The notes below the pieces were generated by a model, which was not told the DNA's origin, made no database searches, and was given only the letters and a program-made list of their open reading frames with translations. Of a DNA stretch of 64,000 bases, positions 49,690-61,903 are shown one piece after another. Source of the stretch: Leucoraja ocellata (taxonomy: Eukaryota); NCBI GenBank assembly GCA_036785375.1, contig JAWMAR010000148.1, positions 744,001-808,000 of the forward strand. The letters run 5' to 3'. The position numbers and the translations under genes were made by a program. Each line of letters starts with the position of its first letter. Position 1 is the first letter of the stretch.

Positions 49690-50040
49690 TGACCACACTT
49701 CAAAAATAGTTGTGAAGTGTTTGGGGGATATTCCAAGGTTGTTGACTCAAGATGAAGAAGGCAACAGAAAATTCCAGAGCGTTGTGGATACAGATTGGTC
49801 CATCACACAAACCAGCCTCCCCTCCCACATCAACTCGATTTTCACTTCACGCTGGCTTCCCTAATCAAGCTTCACTTGCACAACGATCATTCTCCCTTCT
49901 CCTGGTGGGCAGAATATACAAAAACATGAAACCACCTACAGCCAGATTCAGGAGCAGCTTATTCTCTGCTGTTATCGGGTCTCCTGAACAGACTGTTCAC
50001 AAGGAAAGCGTGTGTTCCTGATCTACAAAGTACCTGCTGA
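49690..50040 (+). mobile_element. Decayed Rex1-type fragment
   Basis: RKFQSVVDTDWSITQTSLPSHINSIFTSR and ARFRSSLFSAVI. Confidence 0.6.
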
Positions 50041-50067
50041 CGATGAAGGATTGAAGATATACTACTA

Positions 50068-50880
50068 AGGTAGACACATAATGCAGGAGTAACTCAGCGG
50101 GACAGGCATCATCTCTCGAGAGAAGGAATGGGTGACGTTTCGGATCGAGACCCTTCTTCAGACTGATGTCAGGGGAGTGGGCAGAACAGATAGAATGTAG
50201 TCGGAGACAGTAAGGCTGGTGCGAGAACTGGGAAGGGGGAAGGGATGGAGAAAGAGGAAAAGCAAGGGCTATTTGAAGTTAGAGAAATCAATGTTCACAC
50301 CGCTGGGGTGTAATCTACCCAAGCGAAATATGAGGTGCTGTTCCTCCAATTTGCACTGGGCCTCACTCTGACAATGGAGGAGGCCCAGGACAGAAAGGTC
50401 AGATTGGGAATGGGAGGGGGCGTTAAAGTGCTGAGCAACTGGGAGATCAGGTAGGTAAAGGCGGACTGAGCGGAGGTGTTCAGCGAAACAATCGCCATGC
50501 CTGTGCTTGGTCTCGCCGCTGTACAGAAGTTGACACCTGGAACAGCGGATACAGTAGATGAGATTGTAGGAGGTGCAAGTGAGCCTCTGCCTCACCTGAA
50601 AAGATTGTTGGGGTCCTTGGATGGAGTAGAGGGGGGAGGTAAAGGGACAGGTGTTGCATCTCCTGCGGTTGCAGGGGAAAGTACCTGGGGAGGGGGTGGT
50701 TTGGGTGGGAAGGGACAAGTTGATCAGGGAGTTGCGGAGGGAATGGTCCCTGCGGAAAGCAGAAAGGGGTGGAGATGGGAAGTAGTGGGATCCCGTTGGA
50801 GGTGGAGAAAGTGTTGGTGGATTATATGCTGTTTGCGACGGCTGATGGGGTAGAAGGTGAGGACAATGGGGACTCTGTCC
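50068..50880 (-). mobile_element. 5'-truncated Penelope-like element (Neptune-type) with GIY-YIG endonuclease region and terminal module
   Basis: ORF 50269-50718 GTFPCNRRRCNTC..NLIYCIRCSRCQLLYSGETK..EHLRSV..HFN..EQHLIFRL..GVN: Cys linker plus GIY-YIG. Hammerhead-like core at 50134-50161. Confidence 0.92.
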
Positions 50881-52394
50881 AGTTTGTGGTCATTCAAGAC
50901 ACCCCATCATCCCACCAGGTTGTTAATGGGGACCAGGTGAAATAAATGCAAGTGAATGTCAAGTGTAGACATTGCTGGTGAATTTGCTAATGGGTTGCAA
51001 ATGGAATTGAATGTTGTGCAATCATCAATAAACATTCCCGTTTCTGACATTACAATGGAAAGAATAGCCTTGGACACTGCCCTAAGAACCCCCTGTAATA
51101 ATGTAATGAAATTGGAATGATGGACTTTCAGCAACCAAAACTTTATGACTCCAACCAGTGAAGTATTTTCCCTTTGATGGCCATTAAATTTAGTTCAATC
51201 CGTGACTCTATGTTCATTCAAATGCTGCTTTTATGTTAGAGGTAGTCACTTTCTACATACCTCTGTAATTGAATTCTAGGTCCATATTTGGACTCAGATT
51301 GTGATGAGGTCTAGAGCCAGTAATCCTGGGAAAATCCAAATTGTGCATCGTTGATTGGGTTATTGGTAAGCCTCGATGACACCTTCCATCATTTTGCTGA
51401 TGATTAAGAATAGACTGATTGTACAGCTCAGCTGGATTTATTGATTTTTTTTGTGAATAGTACATGTCTGGACAATTTTCCACTTAATTGGATAGATGCC
51501 TATGTTGTAACTGCATGATTGCAGCTTGGTTCATGCTGCAGCTTGTTCTGGAGTTCAAGTATTTAGGGCTACAGCTCAAATGTTGTTTGCGCTAAAAGCT
51601 TTTGCTGTTCAGATGCTGTCAACCATTTTTTGACCACGCAATGCAAATCATGTGCAATGCAAATCAATTGGTTGAAGACCGTTTTTATGCGATGACAGGG
51701 AGCTCTGGGTGAAGCCAAGACAGAGCGTCCATTCTGCCCTTCTGGCTGAACATAATTCTGTTCAAATGTCTAGCTCTACCATTACTGCAGAAGAGCATTT
51801 TCTTAGAGCTTCTCTTACTCCCACAAGTACTTATCTGGACATCACCATTTATGATTAGATCTTATAATCTTGCAGAGCTTCAATCTGATCCTTTGCCATT
51901 GTCGTAGTCAGAGATACTGCAAGGAAACATGCCCTTGGGTCCATCGAGTCCACACAAACCATCAACTACCCATTTAAAAACATGAATTCATTTTTAATTC
52001 CGCTTGCAATCTCATCAACTACTCCTAAATTTTACCTTGGGGAAAATTACAGTGGCCAAATAAACAACCAACCCACACATCTATGGGTTGTGGGAGGACA
52101 CTGGAGCACCCAGTAACAGGGAGAACATACAAACTCTGTTAGGATTTAACCATGACTCTGGTGCTGGAGGCCGTGGCTCTACTATCTGTGTCACTGCATC
52201 ATTCTTTGGTTATGAGGCCATTTCCTCTGCATATTGCATGCTGTTTTTGTTGTTTGGTTTGAATGGAGTTGTGTGTTGTAACTTCATTAAAATGGCAATT
52301 AATTCAAATACAAATGTAATATTATAATGCTCTACAGGAAAAGAAGTACTTTTAGATTTCATTCTATATGTTAAATTAATAAATGCAAAAGAAA

Positions 52395-52800
52395 TTGACG
52401 GTTGGACAAACTGGGATTGTTTTCTTTGGAGCATTGGAGCCTGAGCAGAGCATTTTATAAAATTATGAAAAGTATAGATAGGGTTGACAGTCAGGATATT
52501 TATCCAATGAAGGTGATGTCAAATACGAGAGGGCACAGCTTTAAGGTCAGAGGAGAAATGTTTAAAAGAGATGTGCATAGAAAGTTTTTTTACACAGAGA
52601 GTGATAGGTACCTGAAATGCTGCCAAGTGTGGTGGCAGCAGTAGATATGATAGTGGCATATAAGAGCTTTTTGGATATGCACGTGAATATGCAGAGAATG
52701 GGGGGATATGGAGCAAGTCCAGGCACAAGGGATTAGTCTAGGCAGGCATTAGGCTTGGCACAGACATTGTGGGCTGAGGCTTTTCTGTGCTATACTTTAT
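52395..52800 (+). mobile_element. CR1 3' fragment
   Basis: LDKLGLFSLE..YKIMKSIDRVDSQ..TRGHSFKVRG. Confidence 0.8.
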
Positions 52801-54289
52801 CAGAGAAAAATATAGTAGAAACTTTGAAATAAAAATTCTGAAAGTGCTTATTGTGTGAATTGTTGAATCCAGAAAGTTCTAATGCTCCTTTTCAAAGACA
52901 AGCTGCTAGTCCTTGAGTTTTATTTGAATGTCATTGGAGCAGTGTTGGAAACGTAGATGGAGAGGTCAGAGTGCTTGCGGAGTGATAGGCAAGTGGAAAC
53001 CTCAAATTACAACAGCAGACTGAACAGAATTGTGCCAAGAAGTAGTCACCAGTTTGAGTGCAGCAGGGACATCAGCATGGGTAGTGAGTACAGCATTCTA
53101 AATTAAAAGAATTATAAATAAATTGCTGATTGTGCAAAGAGTTAACATGAGTTAAGATGCAACTCAGAAGATATTGAGCATTGATAGAAGTGAAAGAAGG
53201 AATAATAGAGTTGCAAGGATCTGATAATGCTGGTTTACAGAACAAGACAGTAAGTGCTGGAGTACTTTGTAGGATAGGTGATGTTTCAGTTCAGGACCCT
53301 TCTTCAGACTCCGAAGGGATCATATAATGCAAGAGAGAAAACCATGGATTGCTGAAAAAAGAGAGAGGAGGAGAAGGCACAACTGATGTTTGTCATCAGA
53401 TGGAAGTGCTGACATTTTGGAGGATTATATTATATAACAAATGTGAAGGCTGCTGTTGTGGAAGAAGATCGCAAGAGGAGCCTTATCCTGGTTATTGGAG
53501 CAGGAATGAGAATAGAAATACAGGATGCGGAATAGATCCAATGCTATTATGGTTTTCAAATTAAGTATAGGTGAATAAACTGGAACTGTGTAACAAATAT
53601 TTATCTTCTGAATGTGGTGATGGATGCACTGAATATTGTATCCACTGTGGTTCAGTGGTAAAAGTAAAAATATTTCTTTAAAATTGTAAAGCCATCCATC
53701 CCAAAGTGAAAATCATTGTGTTGCTCATGAGTTTTGCTGTGTTGGATATTTCTTGCTTCTTTCAAGCAAAATTACCTCACATATTATCACAAACTTGTTT
53801 CTTGAATAATACACTGCATTATCATGTGATTTGTGTACATTTTGTATGTACTGTATAGCATGATATCTAATATGTTTAAAAGTTTATAATATAATGATGG
53901 TATATAATATATTAATGCTTTTTGTTATTTTGATCTGACATTTTGTATGGTCATTTTTGAAAATTTTCATCCTGTTCCCAAACAGACTCCACTTTATTTG
54001 TAAAATGTTTTCATAATAGAAATGCTATAATGCTATAGACTTTTTAATTGCTGCACTTGTGCATATGCTTGATATTATAATACATTTCATTACACAGTTA
54101 ATACACCAGCTGCTTTGGTGCTGAGTTTCTGGGGTTGGGATTGGGATAAATTTGAAGATGAGCATGTTTTAAGAAGCAGAGAGAGAGGGGGGGGGGAATC
54201 CACTAACACATAAATTTATATATGTTCTTATGATACCGCATATGGGTTATGTGGGAAAACTATTGCATTAAAATTGGGAGGTACAAAAT

Positions 54290-54620
54290 ATCTGCTCTCA
54301 AGCTGAGAAGTATGATGGTGACCTTGAAACATACAGTACTGTTAGAGGCTTGACAGGGCAAAGAGTTGGGACATGGGAATAATGTTTTCCTGGCTATGGC
54401 GTCTGGGTTCACAGTCTCAAAGTAAGGGATGTATCATTTTTGACTCAGATGATGAGCACGTTCCTCATTCTAATGTGGATGAGTCCTTGGAATTCTCTGC
54501 ACTGGTGGGCAATGGAGGTTCAGTCATTGCTGGAGCAAAAACAGATATCAATAGATATGTGTCTAAAGAATAAAGTGATAGCGTAAGAAATTTGAAAGAG
54601 AGTGAAGATCCGTCATAAAC
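54290..54620 (+). mobile_element. Decayed CR1 3' fragment
   Basis: ggtgaccttgaaacatac..gaggcttgacaggg..ggaattctctgc. Confidence 0.5.
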
Positions 54621-55069
54621 GGCAGATCAGCAATCACACCACCCTGGCCATGCTCTCATCTCGCTGGGGGAAGGTACAGGAGCCTAGGAACCATTACCTC
54701 CAGGTTCAACCATCAGTTCCTTGAACCAACCTACACAATACTAACCACAAGTCTACCTCAGCACAGAAGTACTATAAACTTTATATAAGGTCCACTACCT
54801 AGTATACCCATAGTCGGGTTACCTGATTATTTAGTCGATAGTATTATTGTCTATTGTACATTTCTTGGTTGCATTAATGTGCCTGAGGCTGCAGAAAACA
54901 AGAACGTCATTATTTAGATCTCGATGTTATAACAATTAAACACTATTGACGGGCCGAATGGCCCACCTGCTCCTATTTCACGTTCGCAGTGAGTCTGGGA
55001 GAGCTATGCGATTGTATTTCTCATTCAGTTTTACCTCATTATCTGCATGTACAGTGTTTACAAAGGGCG

Positions 55070-55800
55070 AAGACAGAGGCAACGCGCTTTCCGACTGGAG
55101 CAGGTCCAACAATGAGTGCAGTTGTGAGCTGGGCGCGGCGCCTTTAAGGGCTAGCGGGCTCCTTATCTGGCAGCGGGGGCGGGATGGGCCGGGGAGCGGC
55201 GTTTTCAGGAAGGCAGGAACCGGCAGCTGGCGCTCGCTTTGCTTAGCACCGAGGGCGAGGGGTTCCGATAGCCGCTGACGCTGCTGGGCAGCCGGGCTGC
55301 GCGTCTGCGATCTAATCCCGCCGGGAGGGCGGGCCAGGCCAGGCGGACAGGAGGCCCCGGGATGCGGGCTCCAGCGATGCGGTGGTTCGGAGCCGCGCTG
55401 CTGCTGTGCTGGCCATCGAGTTTGCGGGGTAAGAGAGGCTGGCTAGCGGCGGGCTTGTGATGCGATGCTTTTTTTTTGTTCCCGCCCAGGGAATCACCGG
55501 ACTCCGAGGCCTTGGCCTAAAGCCCGGTTCTCTCCGTGCCGTGGCTGCGGGGGGTGCACGGCGCCTGGCCCGGGTGCTGGAGTGTCCCCACCCCGGCCCT
55601 CTCACCCACGTTGCAGGCCGTGTTGTTCCCTTGGCAGCGGATTGAGCCGGAGTACCGGCACCTGGCTCTCGCAGCTCTTCGGCCCGATCCCCCCCTCTCC
55701 CGTTACCCCAGCTCCCTCCTGTTGCACGGCCGGCCTTCCACCCCCTTTCCCCCCCATCACTTGCTCCAACGTGTGGGGTTTAACGTGACATTCTGGCGGA
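55070..55800. promoter_or_regulatory. CpG island / promoter of a plus-strand gene (probably ADAM10)
   Basis: Sharp GC/CpG-rich island with GC boxes (GGGCGG), surrounding a signal-peptide exon and a splice donor. Confidence 0.8.
55362..55428 (+). CDS. ADAM10: Probable ADAM10 exon 1 coding part (signal peptide); second in-frame ATG at 55377; later exons not seen in the window
   Basis: (MRAPA)MRWFGAALLLCWPSSLR-G|gtaaga: hydrophobic signal-like peptide followed by a phase-1 donor. This matches the architecture of vertebrate ADAM10 exon 1, and ADAM10 is the known head-to-head neighbour of MINDY2. Identity rests on synteny and structure, not on strong sequence identity. Confidence 0.72.
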
Positions 55801-57532
55801 GCACTCTCGGCTCATCCACACCGTGTGCATTTTAAATTTTAATTAGTGTATTAATGTAAAAGGGCTTGTGCTGGTAAACAAAGATAGGCTGCAGTTTGTT
55901 TAGGATCCAGACAGGTGTTTATTCTAGGGGGGTAAACATTAGGCTACAGCAGGCAATTGAGTGATTTAAAAAAAAACATTATTTATGTCCATGATCGAGG
56001 TTTTCAACGCGATTATAATTGTGTAAGATCATATCGGTTTGTAACGTTAGTTGATGGGGAAAGAAGATATCCCCTTACACAGCTTACAAAGGAACGTGAG
56101 AAGTGGCACTAAATTTCTGTGAGCAAATCATTAGTCGCAAACTCCAGTCTGATGGCTCTTGTTCCACGGCACTTGGTTCTTGCACAGTAATATTTCCCCC
56201 GGGCAGAATTGGTTTAGGTCATCTCAGCGGCTGGTGCATGTCCACACCCTGTGATGAGATCCAGTTCGAAGCAATTCCAGGAAACGGACCGATTCTTGCG
56301 TGTGTTTACGTGTCGGACTTTCTCGACATTCATGCCAATTACCTATTTATCTTTTAGTTTTGCTCACCCGTAAGATGTTGTCCTACGGTACTTTAGGGAA
56401 GGTATCAATGTATTTTTAAATGATTTTTACTATTCCCGTCTGTCATTCCGACATCGTTGAGGTTGGAGGAGCACATGTTAATGGCGGATATTCTATTGCA
56501 CTTGTCATGTACAGTAATATATATATAGTTTTGTTGCCACAGTCCCGTTATCTATTCGGTAAATTAAGAGATTTGCTCTTTGACTTGGGTTATCATCATA
56601 AATGTGCAGAAGAGGCAATAAAACCGCAATGATGACAGGCTGTGTCCAAAGGTTTTAATAGACAAATGTAGAAGTTTTACATGTAGGTCGGCATCTTACC
56701 TCGCTCAAAGAAGCAACATTACGCAATTCACTAGGTTTCACTGCTATCAATCTTTAACAACGTGAACGGTTCAGGGGTGTTGTGAAATTGAATGATCCTC
56801 TTTGTGTCCATTTCCTCCTGCTGTGTGGAAGAGATAAGTAAATTTATGTGTTTTTCTAAATTCAACCTAACATTTGAATAGTATCTGGACAAATCTTGCA
56901 GTGCAGACAAGAATGATGGTGGTACACACCTCTGGCTCTGAGGTGATTGTTGAACTGGAGGGTTATGTGTAGTTCCCTCTATTTCTTACCCATTTCTTAG
57001 CTTTCTGTTCATTACAGGGAAATAAAACTCCCCAAGGATTCATTTTGCCTTCCCTAACTGCTGTTATGGTTTATCCTCGCTGAAGTTTTTCCACCTGAAA
57101 AACATCTTTACAAGGCTGATGACTTGATATTTGACTTGTAATTTAATAACTGGCCACACATGCTGCTGCAAGTAACAATTTCATTGTTCTACTGTCAGTA
57201 CATATAACAATGAAATACTTTTGATTCTTAGTTCTGTAATAAGCCAGTTTGGTATTCCGAAAAAAGCAAGGAATCGTGGGATTTTTCAAAGGTCATTTTG
57301 GACCTTTGCAAAAAAAAAGCGAACAGGATGCCTGATAGTAGGGAGAGAGGGGTGTAATAGCGAGAGAGAGGGGGGTAGATGTGAGTGGGAGAGATGGTGA
57401 GAGGTGGAGGAAGAGAGGTTTCAGTTAGACAGACAACGCAAAGCCATGGCTCGTTGCTTCTAGGGGAGTCGAGAAAATGTCCTCAATCGAGAGAATGCAA
57501 CTTCAGAACCCCCTCGTCTCGACTGCACTGGA

Positions 57533-57980
57533 GATTTCTGCGGGCGCAAGGAACAAATGACCTAAAGTTTGCTTTGAGTGAACGGAGTGTTGTTACCGTC
57601 CTCGCCGTACACCGGGCGTTTCGTGAGAGTGGTTGGATCCCGGGATCGAGGAGTCGGCGCCCGACAGGTGAGTGGCCTGTAGTAGCTGGTGCCTCTCCGC
57701 TCACCGCTGGATGAACTGACACCTCTACTCCAGGGTTGGGCGCTGTCTCCTCGATCCCACTGCTCGGCGGTGGCCGACTAGGATTCCAGAGCAACGCCGA
57801 TGCCTCACATCAGCTCCTGATCCCCTGCCGCCTGTCTGAATAATTTGACCGACGTTGGTTGAGCTGAAGCTGGGATCCAACCATTCTCACAAAATGCCAG
57901 TGTACGATAAGGACGTTAAGAACACTCAGCTCACTCAATGCAAACTTTAGGTTATTTGTTCCTTGCGCCCATAGAAATCC
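57533..57980. repeat. Inverted-repeat element (probable MITE)
   Basis: Arms of about 105 bp: gatttctgcgggcgcaaggaacaaatgacctaaagtttgc..ggttggatccc / gggatccaacc..gcaaactttaggttatttgttccttgcgcccatagaaatc. Confidence 0.8.
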
Positions 57981-58389
57981 CTGCCCCCATCCATCCCAAC
58001 CACGGCGCAAAAGTCTAATGTGTAGGAAATCTGAAGGAGGGTCTTCTATCCAGAGGTTCATGGACGGGAGTGTCGGCCAAGGCCCGCAGCCAGTGAGGAG
58101 GGGTGACACCGGCCCCAGCTTGACTCTGCCTGAGCTGGACTTGGTGCTTCTTGCCTGGGCCGCCGCTGCGACGGGCAGCGCAGAGCCGAGCTGGAGCCGG
58201 CGCCCCACCCCTTCCTCGCTCCTCCTCTCCCTCCGGCCCGGGGCCGCTTTCCTGACAGGACACTCGGGAGGGGACGGAGACGGCCCAGCCGTCGCTGAGA
58301 CGCAGGTCTGCACCCATGCAGTGGCACGGCCGCCGCGAGTGTTTAGCCCGAGTAACCTATGACCTGTGCATGCACAGTCGGAATACCGA

Positions 58390-58864
58390 ACTGGCTTATT
58401 GTGAAGATCTCTACAAGGGTGAAACTAAATATAGTCTAGGCGACCATTTTGCAGAGCATCTGTGCGCTGTCTGCACCAACCACCTCAATCTTCCAGTTAG
58501 TTGTACATCATTTTAACTTTCCTTCCCAATCTCTCACTGACCTGTCTGTCTTCTGCTTTGTCAATTGTTACGACAGGCCTAAACAATGTGAACGATCATC
58601 TGCTATTCTACTTGGGTTGCTTACGACCTCCAGAACTGAACGTTGAATCTTCTGATTTTGGGCAAACTACATTCCAGTGCTCTCCTCCCACACACACTCC
58701 TCTGTTCACCTAGTTTTCTTCTCCCTTTGTTATCTCGTACCCTCACCCCACCCAACCCAACTATCTATCCATCATCCTTTCTCCCTTAACCCTTCCACTT
58801 ACTTCCATCTGCCCCTTATGTCCTCCCCAACTGATTCCATCTATTACCAATCCCTATTTCTTTT

Positions 58865-58903
<39 letters not shown>

Positions 58904-59200
58904 TTACTGCTATATACTGGTAATGATTCCTGTTCCATCTCAGTCCTGATGCTAGGTGTTAACTCGCGATGTGTAGGAAAGAACTGTAAATGCCGGTTTA
59001 AATCGAAGGTAGACACAAAATGCTGGAGTAACTCAGCGGGTCAGGCAGCATCTCTGGAGAGGGAATGGGTGACGTTTCGGGTCGACTTCTTCAGACTTGC
59101 GATGTCTGTTTGCACCTATTTTCCCCCCACGGATGCTGCTTGGTGTGCTGAGTTCCTCCAGTATTCTGATTTGGATTCGAGCATCTGCAGTCTCTTGTCA
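58390..59200 (+). mobile_element. Decayed Penelope-like 3' end plus inverted terminal modules
   Basis: YKGETKYSLGDHFAEHL..LPV and LFYLGCLRPPELNVE; pyrimidine tract including C37 at 58867-58903; terminal modules at 58970-59200. Confidence 0.7.
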
Positions 59201-60992
59201 GCATAGAATTCAGATGAGTTTAGAGAAATAATTATTAACCTCGGTTAGAATTTTATCTTGATAATCGCTCTCTTTAGTATTCAGGCTTTTTAAAAAACTG
59301 TTTGGTATGAAGGGAAAATAATTCCTTTGCTGGCTTGCACCATTGGCAGTCTCCTTTTATTTATGAGAGAGTGGCTGGGGAATGAGTTCTGAATTCCCAG
59401 CCAAGCTCACTTCTGCAAAATTTCTAGGAACACATTTTCTAGTGAATTTAAATGAATTTATTTTACAAACTATAGTTGAATCCTTGTCTAATTGTAATTA
59501 AGCAATGACATTTTGAAAAGGCTTCTATCATTTGGTTATCAGCAGTATGCATCATCACTTTATTGACACCACTAAGCATTTAACTGCATCTATTTATTGA
59601 AAGATATATTTGAATGTACAGAAGTTGGAAGAAATGACCCTTTACACATCACTTAACTTTGCTCTACATCCAATTGAAAGATTATTTTGGTTTTCCTAAG
59701 TTAAAAAAAATCCTATTCAAATAAAATGCAATTTCCGTTCCCTGGTTTCACTCTGAAGAAATGGTGTTCTGGCTGTCTGTTAAACCTGCAGTGGGGAATA
59801 TGGCATCCTAAGCTGATGTCTGTCCCTTTTTTTATATTTGTATCTACTTTCCCCAAAAAACATCTTTCAATTTGCAGTTGCTTCACCTTTGCTCCAGACT
59901 TTTTCATCTCCTGCCGTGCTGTTTTATACCGTATGGTGCTTCATATACTTTCCCGGATAAGCTCTAATGTTTGGTGTACTGTCAACAGAAATCCCATTAA
60001 GTAAGCACATGTTGGAGTAATTGAACACACTGAACCTCTCCTGGAAGTGGCTTTGCCTGGAGTGCCCACAGTTGTTTTCTGTCAGTGTCACCAATGTCAC
60101 ACCTACATTGCAACTAGCTGGGGCCAATGTTCATTTATACATTAGTTTTTTTTCTTGGCAGTGATGTGGGGATGATTGTTTCCTCAATGCGGTTATAATT
60201 TTGGAGTAGCGTGCATTGATCTGTTGAAGGAAAAGCAGCCAAGTAAAGGTAGAGCGTATGTAGTATGAATGGAGCTTACCTCGGCATACATCAATGGCTA
60301 ATAATGGGGTAACACACGCCTATGGCTTAGACTTACAACCAAAGGGTTAATTTGCTACCTGTTCCTTGTATGAAACCTGTTTGTTTTAAAAATATATATA
60401 TTTTTGCAGTTTTCCATCTATTTTGTTTTTAATTCTGATTTCAAATTTGGCACCAGCCGTTTCCTGAACAGGAGATCTGCAAAGTGGCTTGTTTCCAGCA
60501 CACTTACCAACTGCTGCAAATAGACTTAAAGACAAATGCAGATAAGCCTGCCTAGCAGATTGCCACTTCCCTCGAAGGTGGGAAATGCCCCTTGTACCCA
60601 CTTGACCTCCAGAAGACTGAAGCCATACTAATCGGCGTGGAATTATGACTGAGAGTCATCCTTTCCAGAGTCTTTGTTCATGTGCTGTCGCTCATCTTGG
60701 AGATTTGGAGCATGTATTGTCAAGTTTAAGAGGTGTCGCCCAATATAGCAGGATACGGCTGCTTGTAAATCTGAGTTTTAACGCTCCATACCCTAATAAG
60801 AGGCAATTATCAAGATGTGTAACTTGGCGTTGAAGTAACATTTTAAGCTTATTTAGGTTTTCCATTTCAAATATCTACAGACAAATATAAAATCTATACT
60901 GCATGAAATAATACATTTTGCACAGAAATGTATGTATTCATGCAAGTTACATTTCTCTGACTGGTCTAAGATGGTCATAAAAAAAACCAGAC

Positions 60993-61670
60993 TGTTTAAG
61001 AAAGAACAGCAGATGCTGGAAAAATCGAAGGTAGACAAATGCTGGAGAAACTCAACAGGTGAGGCAGCATCTATGGAGCGAAGGGATTGGTGACGTTTCG
61101 GGTCGGGACCCTTCTTCAGACTGATGTGGGGGGGGAGGGTGGCAAGAAGAAAGGATTACCTGAAATTGGAGAAGTCAATGTTCATACCGCTGGGGTGTAA
61201 ACTACCCAAGCAAAATATGAGGTGCTGCTCCCCCAATTTGCGGTGAGACTTACTTTGGTCGTGGAGGAGGCCCAGGACAGAAAGGTTGGATACGGAATCG
61301 GAGGGGTAGTTGAAGTGCTGGGCCACCGGGAGATTGGGTTGGTTAATGTGAACTGTGCAGAGGTGTTGGGCGAAGCGATCGCCAAGCCTGCGCTTGGTCT
61401 CACCGAGGTAGAGCAGTTGACACCTAGAGCAGCGGATGCAATAGATGAGGTTGGAGGAGGTGCAGGTGAACCTCTGCCTCACCTGGAAAGACTGCTTGTG
61501 TCCTTGGATGGAGTCGAGGGGGGAAGGGAAAGTACCAGGGGAGGGGGTGATTTGGGTGGGAAGGGACAAATTAACCAGGGAGTTATGGAGGGAGTGGTCA
61601 CTGCGGAAAGCCAAAAGGAGGAGATGGGAGGATGTGGCCAGTGGTGGGATCCCGTTGGAGGTGTCGAAAA
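60993..61670 (-). mobile_element. 5'-truncated Penelope-like element with GIY-YIG region and terminal module
   Basis: ORF 61156-61614 FTCTSSNLIYCIRCSRCQLLYLGETKRRLGDRFAQHL..GMNIDFSNFR; hammerhead-like core at 61092-61119. Confidence 0.92.
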
Positions 61671-61868
61671 ATAAAGATTGATTATTTTTTTTCCATCAGA
61701 AATTATAGGCATGCCTAGTTGGCACTCCATTCTCAGTTGTCCAACAATAAATATTTTGGATCATTGAATATGTAACTTCTAAGAATTGCATTTATAATTG
61801 CTCTGATGTTAAGAGACTGGAAGTTCTGAACCATCACATAATGAATTAGTTGCTGAACCCCAGGTTTT

Positions 61869-61871
<3 letters not shown>

Positions 61872-61903
<32 letters not shown>
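61872..61903. repeat. (AAT)n microsatellite
   Basis: About 10 perfect units. Confidence 0.95.

Noticed and set aside
55312-55835. ORFs of 62-107 aa in the second CpG island
   Set aside because: Most lack an ATG start and run past the strong donor at 55429; typical CpG-island artefacts
57385-58362. Cluster of 89-167 aa ORFs
   Set aside because: Low-complexity translations of an inverted repeat and GC-rich patch; the shared peptide AQGTN.LKFALSE is just the two arms
58867-58903. Poly-proline / poly-glycine ORFs
   Set aside because: A C37 homopolymer in a retroelement 3' tract; the length may also be a sequencing artefact
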